DNA from: Felis catus
Taxonomy: Eukaryota
DNA: 64,000 nucleotides
NCBI RefSeq assembly: GCF_018350175.1
Contig: NC_058368.1
Location: 221,094,001-221,158,000, forward strand
Direction of reading: 5' to 3'
In this document: one piece after another, positions 40,136-52,520 of the stretch
How positions within the stretch are numbered: the stretch's first letter is position 1
How the letters are laid out: each line of letters starts with the position of its first letter
Made by a program: the position numbers and the translations under genes
Notes under the pieces: model-generated
Databases searched by the model: none
What the model was told of the DNA's origin: nothing
The model's input: the letters and a program-made list of their open reading frames with translations, nothing else

Positions 40136-41085
40136 AGCCCATTCATTCTTTAGTTGAATGTTCTTCAGTCTCCAAGTATTTCCTATCTTTCCATAATTTT
40201 TCTTTTGGTTGATTTTGACTTTCATAGCATTGTGGTAAAAAAAATATGCATGGTATGATCTCAATCTTTTTGTACTTGTTGAGGGCTGATTTGTGTCCCA
40301 GTATGTGGTCTATTCTGGAGAATGTCCCATGCGCACTGGAGAAGAATGTATATTCTGCTGCTTTAGGACGAAATGTTCTAAATATATCTGTTAAATCCAT
40401 CTCATCCAGTGTGTCACTCAAAGCCATTGTTACCTTGTTGATTTTATGATTTGATGATCTATCCATTGTTGTAAGTGGGGTGTTGAAGTCCCCTACTATT
40501 ATGGTATTATTATCAATGAGTTTCTTTATGTTTGTGATTAATTGATTTATATATTTGGGTGCTTTCATATTTGGAGCATAAATATTTACAATTGTTAGGT
40601 CTTCTTGGTGGACAGACTCATTAATTATGATACAATGTCCTTCTTCATCTCATGTTACAGTCTTTATTTTAAAGTCTAGATTGTTTGATATAAGTATGGG
40701 TACTCTGGGTATTTTTGTCAACAATTAGCACGATAGATGGTTTTCCATCCCTTTACTTTCAATCTGAAGGTGTCTTTTGGTTTAAAGTGGGTCTCTTGTA
40801 AACAGCATATAGATGAATCTTGTTTTCTAATGAATTCTGTTACCCTATGTCTTTTGATTGGAGCATTTAGTCCATTGACGTTTGAATAAGTACTGAAACG
40901 TATGAATTTGTTGCCATTATGTTGCTTGCAGATTTGGAGTTTCTGGTGGTGTTCTGGTCCTTTCTATTCTTTGTTGCTTTTTGTGTGTATGTATGCATGT
41001 ATTATGTATGTAAATATATATTCACTTTATTTATTTATTTATTTACTTACTTACTTACTCATTTATTTATTCATCTTTTCTCCCC

Positions 41086-41952
41086 TCAGAGAGTCCCCCT
41101 TAAAATTTCTTGCAGGGCTACTTTAGTGGTCACTAACTCCTTTAATTTTTGTTTGTCTGGGAAACTTTTACTCTCTCCTATTTTGAATGACAGTGTTGCT
41201 GGATAAAGAATTTTTGGCTGCATATTTTTCTGATTCAGGACACTGAATATATCCCACCACTCCTTTCTGGCCTGCCAAGTTTCTGTGGATAGGTCTGATG
41301 CAAACCTAATCTGTCTTCCCTTGTAGGTTAAGGAGTCTTTTTCCCTTGCTGCTTTGGTGATTCTTTTCTTTCCTGAGTATTTTGTGAATTTGACTATGAT
41401 ATGCCTTGTTGATGTTCGGTTTTTGTTGAATCTAATGTGCTTCCTGGATTTTGATGTCTGTGTCTTTCTCCAGGTTAGGAAAGTTTTCTGCTATGATTTG
41501 CTCACATAGTCCTTCTACCCCTTTTTCTCTCTCTTCCTCTTCTGGGACCCCTATGTTTCTGAGGTTGTTCCTTTTTAATGGGTCACTGATTTTCTCTAAT
41601 TCTTAAATTGTGCTCTTTTGCCTTAGTCTCCCTATTTTTTTCTGCTTCATGATTCTCCACAAGTTTGTCCTCTATATCTCTGATTCTGTGCTCTGCCTCA
41701 TCCATCTTTGCTGCCATGGCACCAATCGAGATTGCAGCTCAGTTATAGCATTTTAAATTTCATCCTGACTAGGTTTTCTTCTTTTATCTCCACAGAAAGT
41801 GATTCTAATATATTTTTGACTCCAGCTGGTATTCTTATTATCATGATTCTAAAATCTGGTTCAGACTTCTTGTTTGTATCTGTGTTTGTTATATCCCTGG
41901 CTGTCGTTTCTTCCTGCTCTTTCTTTTAGGGTGAACTCCTTCGTTTTGTCAG
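41086..41952 (-). pseudogene. L1 ORF1, disrupted
   Basis: Start mutated to CTG (TKRRSSP*KKEQEE); ends ALQEILRGTL*. Confidence 0.85.
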
Positions 41953-44638
41953 TTTGAAGGAAGTAAAGGAATTAATGAGGTTTAAAAAAATGTAAAAAAA
42001 TAAATTAAAAAAAATAAAAACAACAGACACACACAAATCAAATAAATGACGCTAGACCTTAGATGTGTTTTCATCTGGGTGTTGAAAGGGGCTTGGTAGA
42101 TGAGAGTAAAAAGGGGAAAGAAAAAAAAAAAGGGAAGTCGTTTGAAAATTTGAAAAAAATGAATATACAGAAATAAAATGAAATGGTGAAAGCAAAATAG
42201 AATTTGAAAAAAATATACAAAAGTAAAAAATATAGTAGAAAAAATTAAAGAAAAATAGTTTTAATAAAAATTGAAAATAAAAAAAAATTCTCTTTCTGTA
42301 TTCAAGAAAAAAAGACAAAAAAGAAAAGTAAGATTTAATAAATGGACCAGGGAGCAGACAGAAATACAGTTGAAATTACTTCTTTTTTCCATAGAAGTCA
42401 AACTATGAAGCACTTTATAGTCCATAAACTAAGCAGGCAGAGAGACTTGTGTTCCTGAAGAGTGAGGTTGGCCCAGTTGGGTGGGGGTTGGTGTAATGGC
42501 TCCATTCTCCACTAGATGGCACTGCTTAGCTTACTCAGGTGGATTGTTGTGGCGCTTGTAGATGTGTATGCACATGCGCCAGATCGGTGAAAACGGCGTC
42601 ACCCCGTCTCTAGTATCGGAATTCTGTTCTCCCTGATCAGCAATCGCGCACCCATCCTTTGTCTTCGGTTTCCGTACACTCCCCACTTTTACGCTGTTCG
42701 TGACCAAGCCCCAGGCAGCACCTCTCTCCTGAGTTTTATCCCAGATGCGGCTGAGTTTCCCCACCCTTTACTTCTGAGGGACTGAGGCTTTGTCCTGCTC
42801 AGACCTTCTGCAGGAGGTTTTCACTGAGCAATGGCTGGGTGCTGGCCACACCCAGGAATGTTCGCAGGACCGTGCTGCTGCCGATGCCCAGAGACTGCCT
42901 CCGGGTGCCAGCCTGCCCCAGGAAAAGTTCACGGGATTACGTGGCAACAGTGTTTCAGGGATTATGGCAAATGACCACACACGCATCTGGCACCAGGCTT
43001 CATCCCCAATGACCTTGTTCCAGCACCAGCAAATGTGTTTGTTCTCCCGGGTCCACTGGGGCCTTTGCCTTTGGGGCCTCTACCAGATGTCCTCCCAGCA
43101 GGGGAACCGCCTCACCCTGTGTGGCCCAAAGACCCCTGGACTTCACTCTGCTCCTGGGGATTCACCCTTTCCACCAGAGCACCACCAGGTATCAGCTGCT
43201 GAGTTTCCAACCTTGTGCTCCCCCTGTTTATAGAGTCTTAAGGGAATTTAAACACTCTCTTTTCTGCCTTTTTAATTCGGTCCCTGCGGCTGTTTCCACT
43301 TTTCCATTTTCCCTCCAGCTGCTTTTGGGGGGTGGTGCTTTTCTGAATTCTCCCCCTGCCTCCCACCCCGGCTCTGTCCTCTCTCTGTATCCAAAAACAG
43401 CCTGCCCTCTGCGGCTTCTCTCTCCCCCAGTTCACCTCTCCACGTTGCATACCTGCTGAATTCTGTGGTTCAGGTTGTGGTGATTGTTGTGTTGATCCTC
43501 AAATCAGTTTTCTGGGTGTGCAGGATAGTTTAGTGTTGATCTGGCTGTATTTCATGGACGTCAGAGGCAGAAAAAAAATTCCATGCTGTTCCATCATCTT
43601 GGCTCCTCCCATTATCCATTTATTTTTTATCACCTCTCCAGTGATTCCTTCTATTTCTGTATTTATATATTATTTTTCTTTTACTTTTTTCCTAGCAGTG
43701 TAATGGATATACCACATTGCAATTTTGTTAACATAATCTTATGTACTTGTCATTATAAATGTAGTTTTCTAATTACCACTACCAAAAATTAGAGTATAGC
43801 AATTAACTTCTTAATAAAAAATAAAAATAAAACAATTTGTATAATTTATTTTACTACCTTCTAAACTTTCTTGATATGTCTCTTCTTCAAAAAAGCAAAT
43901 GACATGTATATTATATTTTCTATCTGTATTTAGAAACATTTATATTTATTTCTTTAAGTGTCAGATTTTTTTTTCTTTTTGTATAATTGTTTATGCCTAA
44001 GAGTCAGAATTTTGAGTTAACTGATATTCATCTGTTCATGTTTTCGGGATAATGACAATTTATTTGTAGGTGGCCTGGACCAATTTATATTTGTATCAAT
44101 ACTATAGGAATGTTCAAAAAGTTCCCCATCTTCTCAACACTGGCAATTTTTATATGTTTTATTTTTGCCAGCTTAGTTGTACATTTACCTCATCATGACC
44201 TTAATGTGTTTTGTCCTCTTTGCTAGTAAGTTTGGACATTATTAGATTTTTAACGTCATTTGTGTTACTGTGTTTTCTTAAATAAGTGTATGAGTTTCAA
44301 CTAATTTTATAATAGAGTGTGTTTTTCTAATTGTATTTGAGAGTTACTATATAATCAGGGTGATGATTATTTGTCATATCTATGACAAATATTGTTTCTC
44401 AAGCTGCACTATGTCTTTTAACGTTCTTGTGTGTCTTAGTGAACCCAAAGTTTTAACTGTGTTATGTAGAACTTTATTAGCCTGTGTTTATATGGGTAGA
44501 ATGTTTTAGTACATTTATATTAATGCCTATCCTGAGTTAATATATTTTTTTTTGTCAAAAATTTTATACATTGATCTTTTACACTTAAGTGCTTAATCTA
44601 CTAGGATTGATTTTTGCCTAAGGAGTGAGGTAGGGATA

Positions 44639-44640
<2 letters not shown>

Positions 44641-44713
<73 letters not shown>
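44641..44713. repeat. (GT)n(AT)n microsatellite
   Basis: Direct reading. Confidence 0.98.
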
Positions 44714-44714
<1 letters not shown>

Positions 44715-45148
44715 TTTATTTAGAGGTAATAACATTTCTCAGTACCTCTTCTTGAATAGTCTTTGGTTCCCTACTAGTTTTTCAAATATGCTTTGCTATA
44801 TATCAGGTTTCCATACATGTGCATGTCATAAGTTTTTCTTGCCCATAGTCCTTATCACTGTTGTAAGTCATATATTTATAAGTCTTAGTCTTGAGTAAGA
44901 CAAAACCATGTTCTTTTTACTTCTTTATTAATGTTGTAACTATTCTCACCCTTTATTTTTCATATCATTTAGTATCACTTTTACAACTTTGATGAAAAAC
45001 CTTATTTCTTTTGCCTGGGATTATTTGAGTTGAGATACTGTTATTGATAGATTGTTAGAACTGATTCAATAAGCAAGATAACTTTCTACACGTATTTAGT
45101 TCTTATTTAATAGTTATTAATCATGTTGGACCATTACATCAATAAAGA

Positions 45149-45732
45149 TTTTAAAAGATAAATTGAGAGGCATCTGGATGGCCCAGTCAGTTGTGTCCAA
45201 CCCTCAGCTCAAGTCATGATCTCATGGTGAGTGGGGTTTGAGCCCCACGTCCAGCTCATTGCTGACAGCTCAGAGCCTGGAGCCTGGAGCCTGGATTCTG
45301 TGTCTCCTTCTCTCTCTCTGCCCCTCCCGTGCTCATGCCCTGTCTGCCTGTCTCTCTTTCTCTCTCTCTCTCTCTCAAAAATATACATTAAAATTTTTTT
45401 TAATTAAAAAGAGATAAGTTGAGGCATATTAACAATTTTAAGGGCTTATTGGAGCAAAAATTGCTTCAAATCTCATAGTGCCAAACCAGAGGTGTTAGGA
45501 GCAATCTGTCAGCAAGACCTAAGGGAGAGTCTTTTCCAGAGAGAGTACAGAGGCGAAGAAAGGACATTATGTGATTATAGCTTCAAGTCCAGTTGTCTGT
45601 TGGTGATTGGTTGTTTTTTGGTTTCAATTTCTTAACCTTGTGGCATTTATAGGGCTTGTTTTCGGTTTGGTCACATAGGCCACCATGCCATTAGAGCCAC
45701 ATCAGTCTAATGACCTCCTTGTTTATTCAACA
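45149..45732 (-). mobile_element. Carnivore ERV1-class solo LTR interrupted by a SINE
   Basis: Ends ...gtttattcaaca; candidate 4-bp TSD aaga (45145-45148, 45733-45736); resembles recalled carnivore LTR consensus. Exact family uncertain. Confidence 0.65.
45168..45410 (+). mobile_element. Can-SINE
   Basis: TSD agataaRttgag; internal gagcctg repeated three times. Confidence 0.94.
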
Positions 45733-46671
45733 AAGATGTTAGACCTTTTTTTGTTAAATGTATCTCTAATTATTTAATGAATATTTATAAGATAAATGAT
45801 TTTTAAATTGTACTCTTTAACTCTTGTTGCAGGTCTTTCAGAATGCAATTACCTAAACATTGTTCAGAAAAGTTCCTAAAATCTTTTATTAATCAAAAAA
45901 TTTCAATGGATGATTTGATGGAGAAACTTGGAGTTTTTAGAATAAAATACAGTCACATCTCAAATAGTGTTCTTCCTTTATGAACCTATCTCTGTTGTTT
46001 CTTGTTATCTTTTTATCTTATCGAACTTTATAGGACATCCATTATGTTTTGAGATTTTAGACTAGAGCCTATTATATTTGTGGTAATTTAATTTTCAAGA
46101 GTTCCCTATGGTGTAGGTTGTGAGTTGTTTTCTGTAGCGATTTATTGCCATCTGGAAGGCAGTATACACCCCAATCCACTTTAAATTCAAGTTTCGATCT
46201 CAAGATTGATTTTGAACCAAATAATGTAAATGACTTCTCCAAACTCAAGTGAGAGCCAGCCACCAACCACATATCCTCAGAGCAGATTTTTTTTTTATCT
46301 CTAGAATAAAGAAGAAAGTATCTGTTTTCTATTAGGAAAGCCATTTGTTTTTTCTATAGGTGTAGTCTTCCTGGAGCTCAGTTTTCTGCAGTTTTCACTA
46401 ATTCAACTCTAACTCTGGGCCAATTCAAAGACTTCACTCAAAGAACACTTAGGCCGCCAGTTTTTTAGATGCTTAATATATCTCTTGTCTACAATACTCA
46501 CCTCCCTGTACTTGTCCTCCAGCTTTGCTCCTCTCTTTAGACTCTTCTTTTACATTTAGACTCATCCATTCACTGAAAACGTGTTTCTATGTGTATTGTG
46601 TTTATTTTCTAATACGTTCATATATTATAGTAAAATTGTTCCTCCATTTTATGGGTAATCATGTTATTTTA

Positions 46672-49600
46672 TTATTTTTATTTTTTATTTTTATAATTTT
46701 ATTTAAATCCAAGTTAGTTAACATACAGTGTAATAATAATTTCAGGAGTAGAATTTAGTTATTCATCATTAACATACAACACCCAGTGCTCATTCCAACA
46801 AGTGCCCTCCTTAATGCCCATCACCCATTTAGCCCATCCCCCCCCACCCAACACCCCTCTAGCAACCCTCAGTTTGTTCTCTGTCTCTTATGGTTTGTCT
46901 CCCTCTCTCTTTTTATCTTACTTTTCTTTCCCTTTCCTATGTTCATGTTTTGTTTCTTAAATTCCACATGTGAGTGAAATCATATGATATTTGTCTTTCT
47001 CTGACTGACTTCTTTTGCTTAGCATAATACACTCTACTTCCATCCACAAGTTGTTGCAAATGACAAGATTTCATTCTTTTTTATTGCTGAGTAATATTCC
47101 AGTGTGTGTGTGTGTGTGTGTACATACCATATCTTCTTTATCAGTCCCTCAGTCTATGTCAATCAGTCTATGGACATTTGGGCTCTTTCCATAATTTGGC
47201 TATTGTTCATAGTGCTGCTGTAAACATTGGGGTGCATGTGCCTCTTTGAATCAGCATATTTGTATCCCTTGGATAAATTTTTGGTAGTGCAATTGCTGGG
47301 TTGTAGGGTAATTTTATTTTAAAATTTTTGAGGAACATCCACACTGTTTTCCAGAGTAGCTGCACCTGTTTGGATTCCCATCAGCAATGCAAAAGTGTTC
47401 CCCTTCCTCCACATCCTTGCCAGTATCTGTTGTTTCCTGACTTGTTAATTGTAGCCATTCTGGCTGCTGTGAGGTGGTATCTCATTGTGGTTTTGATTTG
47501 TATTTCCCTAATGATGAGTGATGATAAGCATCTTTTCAGGAGTTTCTTAGCAATCTGGATGCCTTCTTTGATAAAGGGTCTGTTCATGCCTTTTACCCAT
47601 TTCTTCACTGGATTGTTTGTTTTTTAGATGTCGAGTTTTATAAGTTCTTTATAGGTTTTGGATACCAACCCTTTATCTGATAGGTCATTTGCAAATATCT
47701 TCTCCCATTCCATTGGGTGCCTTATAATTTTGCTGATTGTTTCCTTTGCTGTGCAGAAGGTTTTTATCTTGATGAAGGCCCAATGGTTCATTTTTGTTTT
47801 TGTTTCCCTTGTCTCTGGAGACATAGGAAATTGTTGCAGCTGAGGCCAAAGAAGTTTTTGCCTGCTTTCTCCTCTAGGATTTTGATGGCTTCCTGTTTTA
47901 TCTTTAGGCGTTTCATCCACTTTGATATTATTTTTGTGTATGGTGTAAGAAAGTGGTCCAAGTTCATTCTTCTGCATGTTCGTGTCCAGTTTTCCCAGCA
48001 CCACTTGCTGAAGAGACTGTCTTTATTCCATTGGACAGTCTTTCCTGCTTTGTCAAAGATTAGTTGGCCATATGTTTGTGGGTATATTTCTGTGTTCTCT
48101 TTTCCATTCCATTGATCTGAGTGTCTGTTTTTTTGTTAATACCGTACTATCACCATACTATCTTGATGAGTACAGCTTTGTAATACAGGGTGGAGTCCGC
48201 AATTGTGATGCCTCCAGCTTTGGTTTCTTTTTCAACATTACTTTGGCCATTTGGGGTCTTTTCTGGTTTGATACAAATTTTAGAATTATTTTTTCTAGCT
48301 CTGTGAAGAATGCTGGTGTTACTATGGTAGGGTTTGCATTGAATATGTAGATTGCTTTGGGTAGTATCAGCATTTTAACAATATTTATTCTTCCAATCCT
48401 TGAGCATGGAACATTTCGTTGTGTCTTCTTCAATTTCTTTCATAAACTTCTAAGGTTTTCAGTGTATAGATCATTTACCTCTTTGGTTAAGTTTATTCCT
48501 TGGTATTTTATGGTTCTTGGTGCAATTGTAAATGGGATCAATTTCTTGATTTTATGGTGTTTCATTATTGATGTATAGAAATATCACAGATTTCTTTATG
48601 GTGATTTTATGGTCTGTGACTTTGCTGGATTCATGTATCAGTTCTAGCAGTTTTATGGTGGGGTCTTTTGAGTTTTCCACATAGAGTATCATGTCATTTG
48701 TGAAGAGTGAAAGTTTGACTTCTCCCTTGCCTATTTGAATTTTTTTTTCTTTTTGTTGTCTGAGTACTGAAGCTAGGACTCCCAACACTATGTTGAACAA
48801 CATTGGTGAGAGTGGACATCCCTGTCATTTTCTTGACCTTAGGGGGAAAGCTCTCAGTTTTTCCCCATTGAGGGTGATAGCTGTGGGTCTTTTGTATTTG
48901 GCCTTTATGATCTTGAGGTATGTTCCTTCTATCCCTCCTTTTTTGAGGGTTTTTATCAAGAAGGGATGCTGTATTTTGTCAAATGCTTTGTCTGCATCTA
49001 TTGGGAGAATCATGTGGTTCTTAGCCTTTATTTTATTAATTTTTTTAACATTTATTCATTTTTGAGAGATAGAGACAGAGCATAAGTGGGGAAGGGGAAG
49101 AGAGAGGGAGACACAGAATCTGAAGCAGGCTCCAGGCTCTGAGTGGTCAGCACAGAGCCGGACGTAGGACTTGAACTCACGAACTGCGAGATCATACCTG
49201 AGCTGAAGTTGGACACTCAACCGACTGAGCCACCCAGGCGCCCCTATCTTTTATTTTATTAATATGATGTATCACATTAGTAGATTTGTGGGTATTTAAT
49301 CAGCCTTGCATCCTAAGAATAAATACCACTTGATTGCAGTGAATAATTTTTTTAATGTATTATTGGATCTAGTTTGATAGTATGTTGTTGAGAATTTTTG
49401 CATTCATGTTCATCAGGGAAATTGGTGTGTAGTTCTCTTTTTGGTGGAGTCTTTGTCTGGGTTTGGAATCAAAGTAATGCTGTCCTGGTAGAATGAGTTT
49501 GCAAGTTTTCCATCCATTTCTATTTTTTGGAAAAGCTTCAAAATAATAGGTGTTAAGTCTTCTTTAAATGTTTGGTAGAATTCTCCTGGAAAGCCATTTG

Positions 49601-49777
49601 GCCCTTGACTCTTGTTTGTTGGGAGATTTTTGATTACTGAAACAATTTCTTTACTTGTTACAATTCTGTTCAAATTTTCTATTTCTTCTTGTTTTAGTTT
49701 TGGTAGTTTATATGTTTCTAGGAATTTATCCATGTCTTCCAGATTGCCCAATTTGTTGGCATATAATTGCTCATAAT
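46672..49777 (-). mobile_element. 5'-truncated carnivore L1
   Basis: ORF2 fragments ([25 protein letters not shown]) plus 3'UTR. TSD taatcatgttatttta at 46656-46671 and 49774-49789. Confidence 0.95.
49041..49244 (-). mobile_element. Can-SINE inside L1
   Basis: TSD tagcctttattttattaat / tatcttttattttattaat. Confidence 0.96.
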
Positions 49778-49789
49778 CATGTTATTTTA

Positions 49790-49855
49790 TTTACTTTTTT
49801 AAAATTAATGTCTATTTTTGAGAGAGAGAGGAAGACTGCAAGCAGGGAGGGGGCA

Positions 49856-49902
<47 letters not shown>

Positions 49903-50026
49903 TCAGAAGCAGGCTCTAGGTTCTGAACTGTCAATACAGAGCCCAACACAGGGCTCGAAGCTGCAAACTGAGATCATGACCTGAGCCAAAGCAGGGTCTT
50001 AACTGACTGTGCCATCCAAGTACCCC
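49790..50026 (-). mobile_element. Can-SINE with internal (CA)n
   Basis: TSD ataatcatgttatttta at 49773-49789 and 50027-50043. Confidence 0.95.
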
Positions 50027-50504
50027 ATAATCATGTTATTTTAAGTGTTATGATACTACCAATTACCTTGATTCAGAAACACCTATATTTATCCTATTCT
50101 GTTATTTTAATGACTTATCTTTTTGTTGTTGTTTTTATTTGGCCTATTCTTTAGGTTTATTGAGTGAAAATACTCTTGTCATTTTAAAACATCTCTTCCT
50201 TTATTTAACACATTGTTTTCCTTAATATATTCTGCATTTGAAGTATCCTTAAATATTACTGATTCTTTCTTAGAACTTCTAATATATGCTAAATACAGAG
50301 ATTTCAAATCAAGCATCATTTATATTTCAAAAAGTGAGTATATTCCTCTTTGTTACATGGGTGATACTTGAATGCTCCATGATCTGAAGTTCAAAAACTG
50401 ATAACTATGATATCCATTGTCAGCCATACTCATTATACAGTGGGTGTGGAGAAACATCAAGTTCCTGGAGAGCACCTGCAGGTGAAAACTTCTTCTTTTT
50501 CTGC

Positions 50505-50575
50505 CTTCTTCCTCTTCTCCTTCTTCTCCTTCTCCTTCTCCTTCTCCTTCTCCTTCTCCTTCTCCTTCTTCTTCT
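50505..50575. repeat. (TTCTCC)n simple repeat
   Basis: Direct reading. Explains the poly-Arg ORF. Confidence 0.95.
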
Positions 50576-51799
50576 TATTCTTTTTATAACTAACCAACAT
50601 TCCATACCAGATTTTTTTTTTCTATTTCATTGGGCCACCTTCCCTAGTGACAGTCAGACATATCAGGAGAGAACTCAACCACCTGCAGATATCTCATTGG
50701 TTTGGCTGTGGTTTATTGGTGGACTTCATGGTATGATTTCTTTGAAAGTTCTGGAAACAAAGCCTTTAAGGAAATCCCAAGTGCAGGCTACACAGAGGTA
50801 CTCCAGTTCTTCAGTCTTTTAATTCAAGAGATATTAGTGGGATATTATCTGAGTATCCTACCTGTTTTCCGTCATAACATTTTTCCGGAAGATAATTATT
50901 ACAAGTATCTTCAGCTTATTTGTGAAATAGACTCATCTCATATTTTGGCAGAAATTTGTTTCTAATCCCCTTCATTACTATTCAACATACCACAGGTGTT
51001 ACCTCTTTTTAAATCTTTTTCATTTTGATAGTAGGGGCATTGGAAATGACATATATGTCTCAGCCCAGGTTACAGTTTCTTCAGTGAGTCCTGTCACCCA
51101 ACATTTGATAACTACTTGTCCTCAGCTGATGTTGTTAGTCCTAGACTTTCTTACCTTAGCCGAAATGGCCTCATGAATTGTGCTCTTGCAGACTGTACTT
51201 GCTTTGAACTACTGCCCTGGGTCTTGTTGAAGCACAGCTACTACCTGTTTTTTTCACTCTTTCCTCAGCTTATGTTTTTCTGGTGCCATTTATTTTCATT
51301 GCTGTACATCTCTACCACTACCTGCAATGAAGCAGGTTAGCTGCTTATAAGGGGATTTATCTTTATGCCAGAAGCAGGTAGAGGAACACAAAACAGTATC
51401 TAATCCTTTGGTATATCCTCTTTACTAATAAAATGGTATCTGATCTTATTACTTTGTCACCTAAGAGCCTTAACTACATATATTTCTCCTGACTCTAGTG
51501 TTGTCCTTTTTTATTAAAGTGTGTGGTACCTGCCCACTGTGTTTTCAAATATTTATATACTCAGAAGTCCTCTTAGTAATATTGATCTGTTTTTGTGATT
51601 GTTCCTCTTGAATAAATTAGGTATAATATTCTTAATCATGATTGCGATATAATAAAGAAAACTGCTGTGTCTAATATCGTACACACTCCACGTACAAACA
51701 CAAACCCCCATGCATGCAATTATACACACACATGCAAATATAGACCAAAAATAAATATTTTCCAATAAATTACAAGTAAAACATTTTTAACTTAATATT

Positions 51800-52520
51800 T
51801 GAAATATGGACAATAATTGGTTGTATTTGCATGTGCATTTGTTATGAGGTTCAAAAATGCCAATTCTTTTAGGAATTTGAACAAAGCTTCAGTAAATATT
51901 CCTTTGCCTATTTCTTTGCACATTTGTGAAAGACTTTGTCTAGCATGGTTATACAGAAGGGAAATTGCTAGGGAAGAGGTTACCTGAATTTTTACCTCTA
52001 CTCGTTATTGCCAAACGGTTTTTCAAAGTGGTTTTATCAGTGTTCACCACCAACACTATATCACTCCACATCTTTGTTTATTATTGATCATTTCAGGCAT
52101 TATATTTAACTAAAAATATTTTTACTAATCTAATTGAGGATGGAATAATATGTCATTGCCATGTTAATTTGCATTTCCCCAATGATGGCTGATGTGGAAT
52201 CCCACAAATTCATTTTTTAAATATTAAAATTCTTATATAATCTATTCTGTAAACTTTGTTTCATAAATTACAAATCTTCTCACAATCACTGACATAGCTT
52301 CCTTTTGTTAGTAAAGTTAAATTTTGAATACATTAAATTTTAGCTCAAATGTATCATTATTTTGCTTTGTGCTTTTAACATTTTGTTTAAAGAAAAGCTT
52401 TTTTTCCTATTTCATCAAAATATGCTGTGTATTTTCTTTCATATTTTTAATGCTTTATTTCTCTACATAACTGAAAGTTATTTTTGTGTATGTTCTGATA
52501 AAGGAAACATTTTTTTCTTT
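51800..52520 (-). mobile_element. Ancient L1M(E) fragment
   Basis: gaaattgctaggg...ttgccaaacggtttttcaaagtggtt...ttaatttgcatttcc. Confidence 0.7.

Larger units (their letters stand above)
36590..40917 (-). pseudogene. L1 ORF2, heavily disrupted
   Basis: ORFs 40143..40568 (VGDFNTPL), 38380..38997 ([11 protein letters not shown]) and 36447..36722 (C-terminus). Confidence 0.93.
36342..43610 (-). mobile_element. Full-length older carnivore L1 with two SINE insertions
   Basis: 5' end GGGAGGAGCCAAGATG, about 1.65 kb 5'UTR, ORF1 and ORF2 remnants. Probable TSD atcgttcatctatttttt (36324-36341) vs attatccatttatttttt (43611-43628), 4 transitions. Confidence 0.95.
43700..46200 (-). mobile_element. Ancient L1M fragments hosting an LTR and a SINE
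   Basis: ttaatctactaggattgatttttgcctaaggagtgaggtaggga and similar antisense L1M ORF2 motifs. Confidence 0.6.

Noticed and set aside
50702..50965. 87-aa protein-like ORF
   Set aside because: TTG start; no recognisable homology or convincing splice context.
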